NCBI GenBank assembly: GCA_043228905.1
Contig: JBHGNT010000014.1
Span: 13,206,001-13,270,000 of the forward strand
Direction: 5' to 3'
From: Azolla caroliniana
Taxonomy: Eukaryota; Plantae; Polypodiophyta
DNA: 64,000 bases
In this document: positions 60,297 to 64,000 of the stretch, in pieces
Position numbering within the stretch: position 1 is the stretch's first letter
Layout of the letters: every line of letters begins with the position of its first letter
Program-made: the position numbers and the translations under genes
The notes under the pieces: model-generated
What the model saw: the letters and a program-made list of their open reading frames with translations, nothing else
The model's database searches: none
What the model was told of the DNA's origin: nothing

Positions 60297-62299
60297 AGAA
60301 AGTAATTGGCTGGAGTTGCAACCCGGCGACAAAATCGCTCGATTGCTCGTTAAGTGAATGTAGCAATCGGATCGGAGAGAGAGAGAGAGAGAGAGAGAGA
60401 TTCTCTTATCGTCTTCGGATCTCAAATATGACCTATGAGACCAAAAAGTATTTACATTTTCACGTAATACATGTGAAGCGACTCTCAATGTGTGTGAGTG
60501 TGAGAGAGTGAGTAGGGCAATACCATTGACAAGGTCACTAAGACAAGGATGGCCATGGAGTCCATTATTATTTGCCAGTTTGGTAGTATGCGTGGAAATC
60601 GTTGGTATGGCTTTACCATTCGGGAACTAATCAATAGCTCAAAGCCTTCTTGGCACATGCTTCGTTCTCATTTCTCAAAGCTTTACTTGATAATATAGGT
60701 AAAGCCATGGAGATGTGATTTGGTTTATCTTGGATGGTGTGACCCAATATCGTTGGTTATATTTAAATAGAAAGGTTAAAGCATAAATAAAGAAAGAGAA
60801 TATGGATGAGGATCTTATCCTCAAATAGATATAATGTCACAATACAATATCATGATTCATAATGGTCTCTCTCAAATGATGATATTCACCTCTTCCATGT
60901 GAGGTGTTTATATACATACTATTGTATGCTTAGTGCATGCATGAACATGACATGCCGCATGATACTCGTAAACTTCTCTATTGTGCCAGGCAATCAAAGA
61001 TTATTAATGCCACTCACTTCAACTTTGAAGAAAAGTTTCAACCCACTTCTTCATCTCAACCTTTGTTATACTACGGGTATAGGTTGTTCTGTAATGAATG
61101 AATAGATTTCCCCGCAAGTACATGATTTTTCAATTTACCCGTAGCATCTCCCTTGCTGAAATGGTAGATAAAAGATACTTGGATAATGCATTCACATATA
61201 ATTCTGAAAGAACGAAGTAAGATAAGATAAGCTTATTGAAAATTTGAGAAACTGACCACTTTGAATGTGACATCTTCGTTTCATTAGGAAATTCCTTGAA
61301 AATGATAAGATCTATTTTGGATACCTTGATTGTCACATATAACTATCATTGTGAATCATAACTAAAGTCTAAGTATAGTAGTAATTGGTATTGACATAAT
61401 GAGTGTGGCTAGAACTACCAAAAAACCTCGTTGGAGGAATATCATTTCTAAGAATCCAAGGACACAAATATTGTTTGGTAGAGTGACCAAAACTTTGTTG
61501 TGAGAATGAAGATATAGATATGACCATAGATATAATTAATATTTTATTTATTTTGAGGATTTAATGTATCTTAGTGGGGGTGGGGGTGGGGGTGGGGGAG
61601 TAAAGTCTTTGATATACATAATTGGTTTGTAAATCAAGTCTACATGAACTTCTATATAGTATATTTTATGTTTTACTTACTTTCAAATATGTGCATATTA
61701 CATAATGGGAATGTATATTGGCACTTAGGTTACCCTATTGACGTTGATATCTCACCGTCTCAAAGTTTGAATTGGATATCAAGTCCAATTTTAGATATGA
61801 GTATTTATTAGAAGTCTCACGCTTTAACAATTTTGTACTCGTCTCAAAGTGGTACAAGCAATAATGATTCCAATGAATTCTTCTTTTTTGCCATTGTTAC
61901 CATGGACAAAGAAACACTAAATTATTTGGTTCATTCACTAAAATACACCTTGAGGAATAAAGACTCAAATTTTGGTATTTACGAAGAGCGGCCTAAATAA
62001 TTTTGGAAGATCACATGGTGGCCGAATGATTTAACCTTTTAAAAGCTATGTGCATATACACTCAAGCTTGGGCAGAACTAATTTGTGGAGAAGGTGGGTA
62101 TATATGTACCATGGAAAAGTGAGAATTACAACTTTATGGTGGCCTGTTATTAAAAGTACTTGGGCATTTAAATGTTCACAATCCATCGTGGTCTAACAAT
62201 TAGTGCTCTCTTAGCAGCAACCTCAAGATTGTGATGGAAAAGGAAATCTCAAGTCATAGTTTAATCGAACGACAAGGCTTGGCTTAGTAATTGTGGAAG

Positions 62300-63010
62300 A
62301 TACTATCTTAGAGTCACGTAGGAAAATTATGGCCTTTCGAATAGTCGGAAGTAGGTTTGATATATCACATCGATATGGGCATATATTTGGCAATCAATAT
62401 TGGCATTGCCTAGTCAAGATTCCCTAATTCTAGGTTGGTGGTCAAGGAAACATCGAAAGATTGGTCATTTGGTAGTGGAAAACAATATTAGCAATGCACA
62501 CTAATGATGTATATCATAAGTTGGTAGAAGTTAAAGCTTGGCTAGCATAGAAGGTTTGGGATACTTGGCACATTACTTTATGTGTGAAATGGTAATGTCA
62601 AGCTTTTGGTGTGTGATGATCGGTGCATTACCTTTGGTGATGACTTTAAAATGAAGACATGTTTTGAAGGGACATGTTTCTTGCGTAAAGTGATTGAGAA
62701 ATATCACATGCATAGGTTCATTAGATGCCCACTTACTAAAGCCATTTGGGTTGTTATATCACAAATTTGGCCATCATTAATAGGTATTGTTTTGTCACCT
62801 TTTAAATAGGTTTTTATGGATGATGTTGGAGCATTATCCACCCCATCATATGAGGTGGTGTTTGACTACCTTAGGTACTGGGGGATGTAGCATAATGAGA
62901 GCAGGAGAAATGGGTTCTTGTTTGATGGACTTTGTGGGTACCACAACAAATTCGTAGTTGAAAGGAAAGTTGATTGGGCAATTCAACATGTTCCACTACA
63001 CATTAGTGGG
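62300..63010 (+). mobile_element. Degenerate LINE zf-RVT remnant
   Basis: TCFLRKVIEKYHMHRFIRCPLTKAIW; boundaries approximate. Confidence 0.55.
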
Positions 63011-63088
63011 TGATCATATTCCATTGTGACACCCATTGTAAGCAGTGTTTTTCACACATTTATTAATATAATTGTTGGTTCTCACCAA

Positions 63089-63145
<57 letters not shown>

Positions 63146-63159
63146 CTACTAATATTTTG

Positions 63160-63522
63160 TATCATCGCGCCGTTGAGTCTTTTGGATGGTTATCAGCTAA
63201 GGTTGAAGAAGAATGGAAAATACACAAATCTGATCATGGGTGGTGGCAGATCTTAAAATGTAGTTGGCATTCTAAATTGCTACTTGTAGCAAAGGCCTTC
63301 ATTTGGAGAGTTTTGATTGGAGGATTGACTTAGGATTAGCTCTGAAGCATCGTGGACTAAGAACGGGGAATTGCTTCTTTTGCACAATTCAAATGGAAGA
63401 TAATACTCATCGTTTTATACAATGTACAATTGCCTGTTAGATTTGGAGTTACATTTCTCAAATTTGGCAAGTTTTATGATAGTGTTATTTGACGCCTAGA
63501 CAGTGGGTGTTTGCACAATTTA
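63160..63522 (+). mobile_element. Degenerate LINE zf-RVT remnant
   Basis: AKAFIWRVLIGGLT*G...NCFFCTIQMEDNTHRFIQC. Confidence 0.7.
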
Positions 63523-64000
63523 TGTTATGGGCATGACCATAAATTATCCTGTTGTAAGATTGTACCGTAATATTGTTGGGTGAACAAGCTCAACATGGGC
63601 TGATCGGCTAAATAAGCCAAAAGTCGGATCGAACATAGGTCAATCGGCTAGGCTTGAATTGAGTGAATAAGTCGTAAGCTGAATAGATGGTCGAGTCGAA
63701 TGGAATTCGATAGGTCGTTAGGGAGCCTAGATGTCTATTTTAATAATTAGGCCTATTATAGGTTAGTGTTAGGCTCAGTTAATGAGCATTCAAGTACCTG
63801 ATAGTACTTGTCAACCCTTTGTTAGGGCTTGTATAAAAAGTGCATTACGCACACTTGTATGAAGAAGAACAGAGTTTTTTGTAATAGTGGTTGTGTGTTG
63901 TCTACTTAACTCAGTCTAAGTCTCTCTCTTTATCCCACACTGTGTTTTCCTTAACTATTTGTTTTTTGTTGTCCAGCCGAGCTGGCTGTGTTTGCACATA
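63523..64000 (+). mobile_element. Possible LTR start, running off the window
   Basis: LINE homology stops abruptly at TGTTATG; TATAAAAAG near 63832; no partner LTR visible. Confidence 0.35.

Overview
Repeat-rich land-plant nuclear DNA, probably from a fern or other seedless vascular plant (inferred from Tcn1-like chromoviruses, the PLS-PPR fragment and the intron style). Bases 1-17 kb are a nested LTR-retrotransposon cluster. An old Gypsy-like relic carries two minus-strand chromodomain Gypsy (Tcn1-like) elements, and the second is split by a young full-length Ty1/Copia; a 100-N gap follows. The rest holds captured gene fragments (plastidic glucose transporter, PPR), a 4-exon spherulin-like germin gene, a decayed hAT transposase, LINE 3' fragments, mitochondrial ribosomal protein mL54, a single-exon ~990-aa coiled-coil gene and an ABI5/ABF-type bZIP gene with 4 coding exons. 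The most striking signal is the chromovirus LTR. All three copies carry, in order, an antisense tRNA-like A-box/B-box module at the U3 edge, a perfect 4-unit heat-shock element, a TATA box and a predicted start-site 12-mer. In element 1, the only one whose PBS is visible, that 12-mer is complementary to the element's own PBS (self-priming). TAGTACTA palindromes recur through both elements. No database searches or alignments were run; family assignments rest on motif recognition.
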